The notes below the pieces were generated by a model. That model was not told the DNA's origin, did not search any database, and saw only the letters and a program-made list of their open reading frames with translations. 64,000 bases of DNA, taken from assembly GCA_950097015.1 (NCBI GenBank), contig CATNEN010000038.1:29450001-29514000 (forward strand). The letters run 5' to 3'. Position 1 is the stretch's first letter, and each line of letters begins with the position of its first letter. This DNA is from Macrostomum hystrix. Lineage: Eukaryota; Animalia; Platyhelminthes. Shown here piece by piece: positions 39,002 through 50,324 of this stretch. The translations under genes were made by a program, and so were the position numbers.

Positions 39002-40306
39002 TTTTTGCTTAATTCTAGGTTGTTTTTTGTACTTCAGGATGGTGGAAAATTATTGATACTGATATTGTGCTTCCAAATGAACTATAATTTAATCTGAAAC
39101 ATTTTCATATTACAGAGAAATTTAAAAAAGTTGCTGGACTGAATGACATTTGGGTGTCATTGAAAAATAGCTTATATGAAACTTAGAACAACTTTTTTAT
39201 AGTTTGAATAATATTAAATAAATTGGCAGTACTGGTTACATGTGAACTAATAAAACATGGACATGGTTATAACTGAAATATATATAATCAAACAGCTAAC
39301 TACTATCAATATTTACATTAAGGAACTTATGGCACTAGTAAGGATATGTTTGTCTTTAGATTTTTTAGTGAAAAAAAATAAATATTTTTGATAGTTACAT
39401 TTTTTCCACTAAAAGTTTTTTAGCATAGGAATTGTATTTTCTTGTTTCTAAAATATTTCTTGAGTCTCTTGTCAATGCGCACTGTCTTTTGCATTTGCTC
39501 TTCTGAAAGTTAAATCCAAGAAATGGTAAGATACCTTGCAGCCCTGATAATCACAGTGCCACCTAACCTTGCAGTCTTATAGCAATCTTGTAGCTAGAGA
39601 TGAATGCCTCTGACCTTGTGCTAGTTACAGTGACATAAGAGGACTCTGACAATAATCCATTGGCTTTATAGGTATAGCCTACACAAAGAATGGTAAGAAC
39701 ATGAATATTCTGCACTAATGCAAATAGATCAATATTGCCAATGAGCGCATTTCACTTGCAGTTACGAGTTTTGCTGATGAGTTCAGCTGCAGAAGGCAAT
39801 TACTACTGTGGAATCTAAGATGTACAACCCTTTAGGCTTCAACTCATTTTAAGGACTGCTTAAATGTACTAGAAATTACAGACAATACATTTATATACAG
39901 ACAGAACTATAATAATGTAGCATTATTATTCTTATTCGGCTTTTGGCTGAAATGACTATGGCCAAAACAGCTTTTGGCTAAAGCAGCTATGGCCAAAACT
40001 GAATATGGCCGAAACGACCAGAATTTGATTTGGGAATAGCTAGATCAACATGTAACACTAGGCCTATTCTACTACTGAATCATTTGGCAAATGCGAAATG
40101 CCAAATGGTTCTGAAACCACACATTATGACAGTTACCAGATAGTTATAGAGACTGGCAGTTTGTTGTTTGTAGTTAATATTGTTAGCATTAGGACTGTGA
40201 TAGGCCTACATGAATTCCAGTTGTTTTGGCCATAACAATTTTAACCTATAACCATTTTGGCCTAGTGACTGCTTTAATATCCCTTTGTCTGCTTGCAAAG
40301 CAGATA

Positions 40307-41277
40307 GGAAGTGCTTATACCCACGGTCCCGTGCCGATAATTTTAATCTTATCCACACGGATCTGTGCCGATAATTTTCTGCTTATCCACACGGCAGCTT
40401 GTATGAATAGGTCTACTTTTAAGTCCCTACCTATTCTTCTCTGAGCATAAGGCTTTTGCTTCAGAGTATAGTATATAGTGTACACTATCAATGCATAGTG
40501 TAAAATAATAACAGTGATGTGTGATAATATGTGTGATGAGTTTGGTGCTGACTAGAATTCTGTTGGTTGACTCGTATGATTTTCTTTGATAGACTTCTTA
40601 CTTTTTAAGTCAAGATACAATTCAAATGAAAACATGTAACAATGACAAAAGATTTAGTAAGTTGTTATTACAATAATTAAAAAGGATGACATTAATGTTG
40701 GTTAATGAACATACATGCGCAACCTCCCAAATCTTAGCCGGCCTTGCGACTTAGTTTTTGCTCTCATTTGCGACTTAGTTCGTTTCATTGCTCTATTTAC
40801 GACTTAGTTTGCTCTCATTTGCTCTCTTTTTCTCTCCCCTTTTTCCTTTTCTTCACGCCTTCCTTTTTTGTCCCTTGGTCCCCCCTTTGATTTTTTGGCG
40901 CTTGGTCGATTGGTTTTTGTGACTTACCTTGCTTGGCCCTCGTTTCACCCGGCCGGTTTGGCCGGGTCGGCCGGGTGTTGCGCATGTATGTGTATGTTAA
41001 TGAATGTGTAGGTCGAAATGTAGGACAAAGTCGTAACACACTGGCAACTTTGTCAATCTATTGGCTCGAGGGTTCAACAAAAGGTTCAAACCCGAAAGGG
41101 CCTTGTTTCAAAAAACAGAACCATGTGGATGAAATTGAAATTAACGGCATGGCATATATAAAGTGTTGTAGACCTATTCATACAAGCTGCCGTGTGGATA
41201 AGCAGAAAATTATCGGCACGGATCCATGTGGATAAAATTGAAATTATTGACACGGGACCGTGGGAATAAGCTCTGCC
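40307..41277. mobile_element. Non-autonomous Mutator-like (MULE) element
   Basis: About 110-bp imperfect TIRs (GGAAGTGCTTATACCCACGG... / ...CCGTGGGAATAAGCTCTGCC) and an exact 9-bp TSD AAGCAGATA. Confidence 0.82.
40710..40996. mobile_element. hAT MITE nested inside the MULE
   Basis: Same TIRs as the 9228 copy, 8-bp TSD TTAATGAA, and an extra TGTATG at the right end. Confidence 0.87.
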
Positions 41278-43071
41278 AAGCAGATATATAAATTGTTAAA
41301 AATTATAGAAATAGGTTATAAATAACTTGTTTTACTATACTATCATTCTCAGAAAGATCATCTCATATTTATAAGCTTTTCAAATGTTGATTCTTCAGTG
41401 TATGTCTGAGCCCACTTGCTGTCTGGTGCCTTATCTGGTGCTTTGACTTAATTTATGTAGCAGTTTATAAATACTAATGAATTGAAAGTAACAAGTTAGA
41501 CTCTAACACAGGAACAGAACTTGTCAGCACCCAAACAGAGTTTTTACATTTTTACAATCTATAAACTTTGTACTTTGAATCTAATTATTTCTGCATCACT
41601 GTCAACAGTATTATCAAGTCAAAAAGATTACTTTAGATAAAATCGTTTATAAAAATTAAAAATTAAATTACTTTAAATTAAATTTTTGTCAAACGGGCTT
41701 GAGGCTGATATCGTTTTTACTAGATGTTTAGTTTATTACTTTGGACTTGGGGGTGTGTCAACGAATTGTGGCGTGATATTGTTTCGTAGAAACACAAAAA
41801 TAAATAGGAACGGACAGGTAATAAAACAAAAAGTTATAATAAATTTTCAAATCACGCCTGATAACTAAAGCTACTTTAACTAATATGTATTTATTTTTAA
41901 AAGCAAGAATTTCAATAATCTAATTTAGTATGTGCTGCCTCAAATTTGGTCTAACAGAAGGACTATGGCACACTTTTAACAGCTTAAAAGATTTTTTTAT
42001 TTAAAAAAAACAGCGTTGCCTGCAGGTCCATGCAGCAAGGCAGTATTAATAGCTGATGGGTTTTGTAAACTTATGTAGATATCTATAAAGTAAATTAAAA
42101 CATAAAATACCGCTTGATTTTGAACTATTGATTTTTATATTTTTTTCTTGAAATCGAATTTTTAAGTCATCCTTGTTTATAATCCTTTCATTAAAGCTCA
42201 ATTAGCATTCTGCGTCCGGTTACGGACTTAATTATTAATGCACGAGGATAACAAGCCCGAAAAGTACTTACTACAGTGCTGCAGTCTACTGCAGCTCTAA
42301 GGGAATGCGCCTTTTCAAATGTACATTTCGCAGTTAAAGCTTTACCGTCAATATTTCATAATTTATTTATAGCCATTCACGGGCGCAGCTTCGGTGTTTT
42401 ATTTCGCCTTTTGCCTGCACCATCTTATCCGACGCGTACGCGTCATTAATAGAAATCTATACTTCTCTAAGCCACTCTATATAAGACGGACGTCTTATAT
42501 ACACTCATTTTAATATATCTCTGTTAAGACTAAAACCATTGACTCTAATTAATAATATTTTACTGTATAGACCTTTTAACCATTGACAATTAGACTGAGC
42601 CTTAAGCGACTACGAACAGTCCTTCTTTTGAATAGTGTTTTCGGTGCTTAGACGGCGTACGTATTTTATGACATTTTCTTTCAAATGAAAATAGCGAAAA
42701 TAAAAAAGTTTCTCATCCTTATAAAAAACGCACACAATTAACCATTGAAATCTTGGGTGATAGGTATGCAAAGCATGCAGCAATAGTTAAGGTGTATAGA
42801 TATAGAAATTATAAGCGTGCCTTTTTGTATCATACTTGACGCTTATTGCAACCAATGAATTTCGATGTGAGTAAAGTAAAGCATTTTTAGTCATCTTGTC
42901 TGCAACTTAAAGCTTTCTTCTTTTTTCGTTTCTCACTGAATGCTTGCGCAGCTCGCATATAATCCAAGCGTTATTCGTTATCTGAATTCTTTGCTATACG
43001 TTTTAATTTGCGCCAAAGGGTTCTTGCTAATTATTGCTAAAAAGCAATAATTTGATTAGTAATCGAGCAGA

Positions 43072-45116
43072 ATGCAAGTAGCACCGGAAGATACTGAGTC
43101 GGGCCAGGGGCAAACGACGCGATCGATAAACCTGATAAGTTACAAGACTGAAAGTCTGAACCAGCAAGTGACCGTTGATGACAACAGTTTCGCTCTCATC
43201 ATGGCCTACCTGAGCTGCGTTAAAAGTGTTACACCTAAAGCAAACATTGCCGCCTACATGACTAGTTATAGCAATTATCGTTACCTCACGCGCGGTCAGA
43301 AAGACGCCATTGAAGCTGCCGCCATGTACTATCCACCCGAGTCCGTGTAAGTGGCATTGATTGATCCCACCGATTGTTTCATGCAGTATAATGATAAGGT
43401 ATAGGTTGTAGCCCCAAGAAAATGGGCTTGTAGCCTATAGTGGTTCGATTCCCGACTCCACTGGAACAATTGCTGTACTTTAGCAAGACAATTAACTCTG
43501 CATTGCCTCAGTTAACACAGCTGTTAAATGGATACCAGCATCAGCTGGGGAAATTGAGGGTACTATTTATTAATATTAGATAAGGTATAGATAACTGGAG
43601 GGAGCGGTTAATGCGCTTGCCTCTCGCACCAATTGGTCCCTGATGCCTGATGCTCGATTCCGCGGCGAGGCCACATTCATTAGGGCATTCATTCAACCTC
43701 CAAGGCGCAGTGAAATTGTACATTGCCTAACAACAAGTGAGTCAGGGCAGATTTATGACCTCGGTGTGTGCTCAGGAGTCAGCGGAATTGGGCAGAATTG
43801 CTATACCTCGCTGGCGGCGTGTCCTTCATTAATTTTTCCTAGTGCCTACAGCCCTCCTGCAATTATTATTCTTCATAAGGACGATTATTATGAAAGTAGA
43901 CAAGGTAGACAAAGTAGGCAAGAAGTTATTAATGATGATTATATTCTCATGGTGGGCCAGTTTAAAATTAGTAGTGTAGATTGGAATGCATTTATTGTGC
44001 CCTATAATAAAATAACATAATTAATATTTCCGCTATTTCCGCTATCCCCAGCAAAGCTTTCTTTCTCGTAGGCGATAGAGCGATCCAGGGAGAACAGAGA
44101 AACGTCTTCTTGCACGGCACCTACACGGTAGAGTCCATGTCTCAAGTGCTGCAAACCAAAGCTGAAAGGATCGTTATGCAACTGCAGATTGAGACGCAAA
44201 CAGTATTCAACGAGCCATTTATGATGCACACGGCTGAATGGCTGTCCGAGATGTATTCGCAACCATTGTACACTATTCAGTGAGTATATAATGAGTTTAG
44301 TAAGATTTGGACCTGAGTGAGTGTTTTGTCTGTGAGGTCAATGTTTGGTCAGGTCTGTGAGGTCAATGATTGGTCAGGTCTGTGAGGTGAATGACTGGTC
44401 AGGTCTGTAAGGTCAATTATTGGTCAGGTCTTTGAGGAGAATGTTTGGTCAGGTCTGTGAGGTGAATGTTTGGTCAGGTCTGTAAGATCAATGATTGGTC
44501 AGGTCTGTGAGGAGAATGTTTGGTCAGGTCTGTGAGGTGAATGTTTGGTCAGGTCTGTGAGGAGAATGTTTGGTCAGGTCTGTGAGGTGAATGATTGGTC
44601 AGGTCTGTGAGGAGAATGTTTGGTCAGGTCTGTGAGGAGAATGATTGGTCAGGTCTGTGAGGAGAATGTTTGGTCAGGTCTGTGAGGTGAATGATTGATC
44701 AGGTCTGTGAGGTCAATGTTTGGTTAGGTCTGTGAGGTCAATGTTTGGTCAGGTATGTGAGGAGAATGTTTGGTCAGGTCTGTGAGGTGAATGATTGATC
44801 AGGTCTGTGAGGTCAATGTTTGGTTAGGTCTGTGAGGTCAATGTTTGGTCAGGTATGTTAGGAGAATGTTTGGTCAGGTCTGTGAAGAGAATGTTTGGTC
44901 AGTTCTGTGAAGAGAATGATTGGTCAGGTCCGTGAAGAGAATGTTTGATCAGGTCTGTGAGGTCAATGTTTGATCAGGTCTGTGAGGTCAATGATTGGTC
45001 AGGTCTGTGAAGAGAATGTTGATCAGGTCTGTGAAGAAAATGTTTGGTCAGTTTAATTCCTTTGAAACCATTCGCCATTTTACAGGACAACGAAGAACCT
45101 ATGCAACATCTTGTAA
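43072..45116 (+). CDS. Uncharacterised 177-aa protein ending in a CaaX box (CNIL), 3 exons
   Basis: Exons 43072-43346 (donor GTAAGT), 44052-44279 (acceptor CCCCAG, donor GTGAGT) and 45086-45116 (acceptor TTACAG). Both introns are phase 2 and the joined frame is stop-free, ending QTTKNLCNIL*. Confidence 0.8.
43403..43575 (+). mobile_element. SINE family A, partial copy
   Basis: GGTTGTAGCC, GGTTCGATTCC, TAGCAAGACA, GGATACCAGCAT, AATTGAGGG. Confidence 0.65.
43598..43870 (+). mobile_element. SINE-like family B copy with tRNA-like head
   Basis: GAGCGGTTAATGCGC...CTCGATTCC head followed by the family-B body. Confidence 0.65.
44328..45052 (+). repeat. 25-bp minisatellite (TGGTCAGGTCTGTGAGGTGAATGTT)n filling intron 2 of the CaaX gene
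   Basis: About 29 copies. Confidence 0.95.
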
Positions 45117-45782
45117 TGGCCTGGAAGAGCTGCAAGAATTACTCAATCACAATAAGCAGTGAATTATTGTTATTGATTTAGATGAATTTCTGATAAGAAA
45201 TTATCAACTATTTAAGGAAAAAAATATTAAGGATTCTTATGTAATGGTACCTGCGAATATTTTGTATTGATTTCTTAACTATTGCCATAAAAGCAGTAGA
45301 AAAATGGATGAATTGAATATTTTTTCGAACAAATACAACCTATTATGCAAAGAAGACATTTGTTTTTTCCATAAGCTACTCGTAAATAGTACAAACAACT
45401 CAAAATTATGAGTATTTGTTGTTTTTCCTAGTTACTTATCCATGCGATGGTACAGTAAACAGTTAACCTACGCGCTCTCATTTCTTGTTTTAGTTTAACT
45501 GCAACAACAAACGTGGATAAAAGGAATTCGAGCACACACTCCAAACAGTTTTCAAGATTCAAAGCGATTATCGCATGAGATTGTTTTATCTAAATCAGCA
45601 AAATGTACAGGCCCGCAATACTTATTTGCTGCTTTCACATTATTTTCAAATTAGTTTGACGCATTTCTGTGAGTTTCACATTAGCGTGCATAAATATTTA
45701 GCGGCCCGGGTGAGACAGCAACAGCGAGAAATCTCGAACAGATTGTCTGAGCTGCAGTCACAGGAGCAAAGGCCGCCCTAGC

Positions 45783-46292
45783 ATGAGCCGAATCAGGCAG
45801 AACTTTCACCAGGAGAGCGAGGCAGCGCTGAACAAGCAGGTGAACCTGGAGCTGTTCGCGTCCTACACCTACCAGGCCATGAGCTTCCACTTCGCCAGAG
45901 ACGACGTCGCCCTGCCCGGCATCTCCGGCCACTTCGCCAGCGAGTCCAAGGAGGAACGGGAGCACGCCGAGAAGCTGATGAAGCTTATCAGCCAGCGAGG
46001 AGGCACCATCGTGTTGGACAGTGTGACTAAGCCTAGCAAACAGGCCTGGGGCTCCATGCTAGAGGCGATGGAGGACGCCCTGCAGCTCGAACGTGACGTC
46101 AACCAGAGCCTCTTGGAGCTGCACGGAATCGCCTCCAAGCACAACGACGCCCAGCTGACCGACTTCCTGGAAGGCGAATTCCTCGAGGAGCAGGTGGAGG
46201 CCATTGCCAAAATTTCCGCCCACATCACTCAGCTCAAGCGAGTTGGCAACGGACTGGGCGAGTTTGTGTACGACCGCAAGGCCTTTTCCTGA
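45783..46292 (+). CDS. Ferritin, H-type/soma ferritin; intronless
   Basis: RQNFH..EAALN.Q.N.EL.ASYTY, EEREHAEKLMK, QRGG, LE..VNQSLL and FL.EQV; ferroxidase ligands are present. AATAAA at 46375. Confidence 0.97.
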   Translation: MSRIRQNFHQESEAALNKQVNLELFASYTYQAMSFHFARDDVALPGISGHFASESKEEREHAEKLMKLISQRGGTIVLDSVTKPSKQAWGSMLEAMEDALQLERDVNQSLLELHGIASKHNDAQLTDFLEGEFLEEQVEAIAKISAHITQLKRVGNGLGEFVYDRKAFS

Positions 46293-47029
46293 GCATAGAC
46301 TGAGCTCAGAATTGACTGTCTGACTTGAGTTTTCCAAATTTCGCACCGAACGTGCTCTTTCAGTAAAAGTAGCAAATAAAATATGATTCATAACCGCAAC
46401 TTTAAATTACTATTCTCTTTTAATTAGAGGGACTTCATGATACAAAACGGATTGTTAAAAGTATAAAAGATGCGTTTTTTAGAAAGACTATTTTTTTAAT
46501 TAACGGCTTTATAAGTCATTTGATGGCATTGTCTAAGAGCTTTCAGGCAAACTAACTGTGAAGCACAAATACGGTATTTAATATTTGTATCGATCGATAT
46601 TTGAGGTGGGGCCCAAGTGACCAATCACAGCTGTCGCGGTTGGGTTGGGTAAGAGTTGAAGATGGTCAGACCAGCGCAAGCGATGTACGCAGGTCCGATA
46701 AACTGGGAGTCTTAGTCCCATGTGTGCCTGCGTACCTCGCTGACTGCGTGTACGTCCTCAGGGGTCAGCGGAACGGGCAGAATTGCCAACTCTTACTAGT
46801 CGACTGTCTCTAATCATGTTGCGTCAGTGTCATTCACTTCAAACGAAACTGGACCGACTATACAAGGCCGGGTTAGTACAGGAAACGAACGAAAATTTCT
46901 GGATTCCGAGCCCGAGACAGGAGGGTGAGGTGAGAGATAATTAAGCTCTTAAAACGATAGTAGTGGTGGTGGGGAAAAGTCCGTGTTAATTATTGAGGAA
47001 TGGAGTCAGGGCTATTAAGTAATAGCGAT

Positions 47030-47260
47030 AGCAAGAAGGCAATTCCGCCCATTGCGCTGAGCCCTGAAGACACGCATACAGATACTGTACGCTGGCACAC
47101 ACTCACACAGGTGTACATCTGGCAGTGTATAATCTCACTGTGTCTTGAAGGTTGGCCCTCAAAATCTTAAATCGCACTACAAGTCTTCTGACAGCGGCTG
47201 CGCCCCAAATGAATGTGTGGCCTCGCCGCGGAATCGAGCTCAGTGACCTTGGTGCGAAAG
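47030..47260 (-). mobile_element. SINE-like family B copy
   Basis: Reverse-complement match to the 43598 and 52400 copies. Confidence 0.65.
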
Positions 47261-47920
47261 AATGCTCAGCATCAACAGAACCAGATTTAGCACTCCAGAA
47301 AATTGCTGACTGGCGACTTCGATGGCGCAAAATTATAAAATAGATTTCTACAGCTCTAATCAAAACGGCAAATAGTTCGTACACCTGATGGCTCAGAATC
47401 TGACCAGCTCTGGATTAGGTTTCAAGAGCATCTGCTTCCGAGCATCTGCATCTGCTGGACCCGACTCGTCATCTTTTCCGCTAAATTTCAAACAGTCAAT
47501 AAAAGAACTGCGAGTCCCTGGCTGCTATTAACAACCAGTTTATAAGTACACTAAGAGTATGACTTATGCATTAAACGAAGCCAACCATAGTCTATTTGAT
47601 TTCATCAGAATTCTTAATATCTTATATTGATTATCGATTAGTGTTGTTCATAAGAATATGCGCAATGGTGCTTTCATAACTGTTACGAAAGTAAACCAAT
47701 GACTTGCTAATTTACAAATCATAGCTTCTAAAAACACAGAAATATTTGTGTTTGAAACTTTTTGTCTGCTTGGAATCGACAGAAAATAGGATCAATTTAA
47801 TAGTGGCAAAATCAGCTTCGCATTTAAAGAGGACGTTTTACTTTTCAGTTCAGACTCTGGGGGGGGGACAGACCAAATTATGCCACCACCGTCCCGACAA
47901 AGTTGAACTTTTATGGTTAG

Positions 47921-48904
47921 TTAGTTGATGGCCGCTTCGTTGCCAGTGAGTGGCTCTCTCAAAATCAGCCTAATGTAGGTCTTTTTTTCGAGTACCTTCC
48001 TGTTGCTAAAATAGCTATAAATAGGCTTGAAGTCGTCCAGAAACATCAGATGAACTTTTTCTTTGCTGCCGCCAATGGCGCCTGCAGGCCGCGTCTCATG
48101 GCTATCGTCAACAACCTCAGTTAGTACTAGGGTGACCAGCAGTTCCGAAAGATTGTAACTGGGCCGGCTGGGGTCCCGGCGGAGGCGGCAAAGCATCCGC
48201 TCCTATATAGGGCAACGACAGTTGTCAATCAATCAAATAATCTGTAAGTGATCAATCCTTGACTCATGAACGCACACGCACATTGTCCTGACTTTTTGAT
48301 ACGGTTCTCAAACGCGTCTCGCTTTCATCTGTAGTCTATGGTCCAAAAACGGCAAGTTCTTCAGCCTTGACTGTTCCCCAAAGCAGATACGCCCATCCCT
48401 ACGAAACGTATTTTACATCCCATGTTCTTCGTTCTTTCGCGTTGCTAGTGCCCTTAAAGTTTGCACTATTAAAAAACACAACGCTTCAATGCCGCATCGG
48501 CGTTAGCATTCGTTTGATTGCAATCCACAACACTTTTTCATCTCCAGGCAGTGTGTTCTCGTACTGTGCCTCGCACTATGGTCTAGTGCTCAGAGACCTT
48601 TGTAGGAGAGGCAGTTAAAAAAGTACATTCAAAAGTACTTTACTGAGATTAATCTATCAACCGTATTATCATTAAAGTGTACGGATCTAACTAAAATTAA
48701 TAAGCTAGATCCAAGTCCCAAATTTAAACTATTCAGTCGGTTTACCTTAATATCCATAATACATGTTTTCTGGTCGAACTGGCATCGATATTTCATTTCG
48801 CGTCGCGCACGTTTCATGAAATAGTCCATGGAGACAATCACTATCGTGATCTTCGACTCGAGCGGCTTCTCAGAGTTTCCATCCGAGGTACCAGGATTCG
48901 ACAT
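47921..48904 (-). pseudogene. Possible 2-exon TIR-domain-like gene or relic
   Basis: Exon 48904-48746 (donor GTAAAC) joins exon 48202-47921 (acceptor TATAG) in phase 0. Motifs NPG, SKITIVIVSMDYF and LMFLDD...RKVLEKKTY resemble the TIR BB-loop, betaC and betaD-betaE regions. Recognition is by eye only. Confidence 0.35.
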
Positions 48905-50324
48905 GCTGATTTTTTTACTTTGGATGGCTAACCTTTTTTCTCGTGTTTTGAAAGGATATTAAAAAACGCTATTGTGGTCCGTTTTTAGAAATTGGTGGAT
49001 TTTTAGATCGAAGCAAGTTCAAAACTTTTGGCACGGCTTTGGCTATGTTGACCATAGACAGCAAAATGGCATTCAAATCATCTAAATCAGATAGCTTCAA
49101 ATTATTTAAGCGCTTTTTAATTCACTGCGGTTTAAAAAACTGAAAATCCAAAGTAAGAAAATGCTAAATAGATTTATGATTATGATGCTCTAAAACAGGG
49201 AGAATAAAAAATATAATTGTCTGCCAATATATGTTTTCACAAGCGAATGTATAGGCTATTACATACATTCCTGAGTGGACTGAAATTCTCATATATCTAA
49301 ATACTTTTTGCGAATAAAAACTTTCAATCATATTTGCACTCAAATTACTTAGCAAAGGTCGTAATTGCAATTATTTTTATGGATATTTTAAAGAAAAAAT
49401 AAAACAGTATTCGTAAACTAGCTATATTTCATTTATATGCATAAAAAGCTACTGTGCTCTGGAAGTTAAAGGTGTTTAAATAGAGATAACGTTTTTTCTT
49501 GCATTTTTTTGTTTTCTTTCTGATATATTTTACTTACTCAAAACCAAATTTGATATGATTTTAGAATGACCAAGAAAATTTTTAACAACAACCGATTCGC
49601 ATACATATATAGCAGTAATTGTATTTAGTAATTTATACACTTATTATCTTTCTACACTCCACTTATACTTAACACGTATACATAAAGCAGGTTATTATTT
49701 AGTTTTTTATAAAAGCTTTATAAATATTCACTTCTTAAGCTGATAACAGTACAAATGCAACTTGGAAACAGTAAAAACACGATAATTGTTGAATCGCGTC
49801 GTTGAAAGCCTCGAACTTAAACGTGTTACATTTAGTGCATTTAAACAAAACGAGGTGTTGATGTATTTTCTAGACTTGTTTCTTAGTTGTTCTTTTACTG
49901 TTAAATATATAAATAAACTTTTAAACACCGTTTTTTCTTTTTTCTTTCTTCGGAACAATTGACATGAACTTTTTTGTTAACAGCCAATGTACATTTGGGG
50001 CTTTGCTTGCGGGGAACAATCAAAAATGGCGAAGCCGATGACTCATCGCTCGGACATGTGCTGCCTCAAATAATTGAGTAAGTCACACAGACAGAAGTAT
50101 TTCTTCTTTGCCTCACCCTCATTTTTGTAGTGTGCCTGCTGGCAAAAGACTTTGCGCCTTTCTTGCATGTATCTCAGAGTAATCTTTTAGTGTTTTTTAT
50201 TTTAAATATTTATTGTATAGCTTATCTATAAGTTATAGATATACGTGTGTTTATGCTTCCTAGACTAGAAACTATTTTTTAAAGGGATCAGTGCCGCAGT
50301 TAAGAAAGGTCCAGCTGAGTAGGC

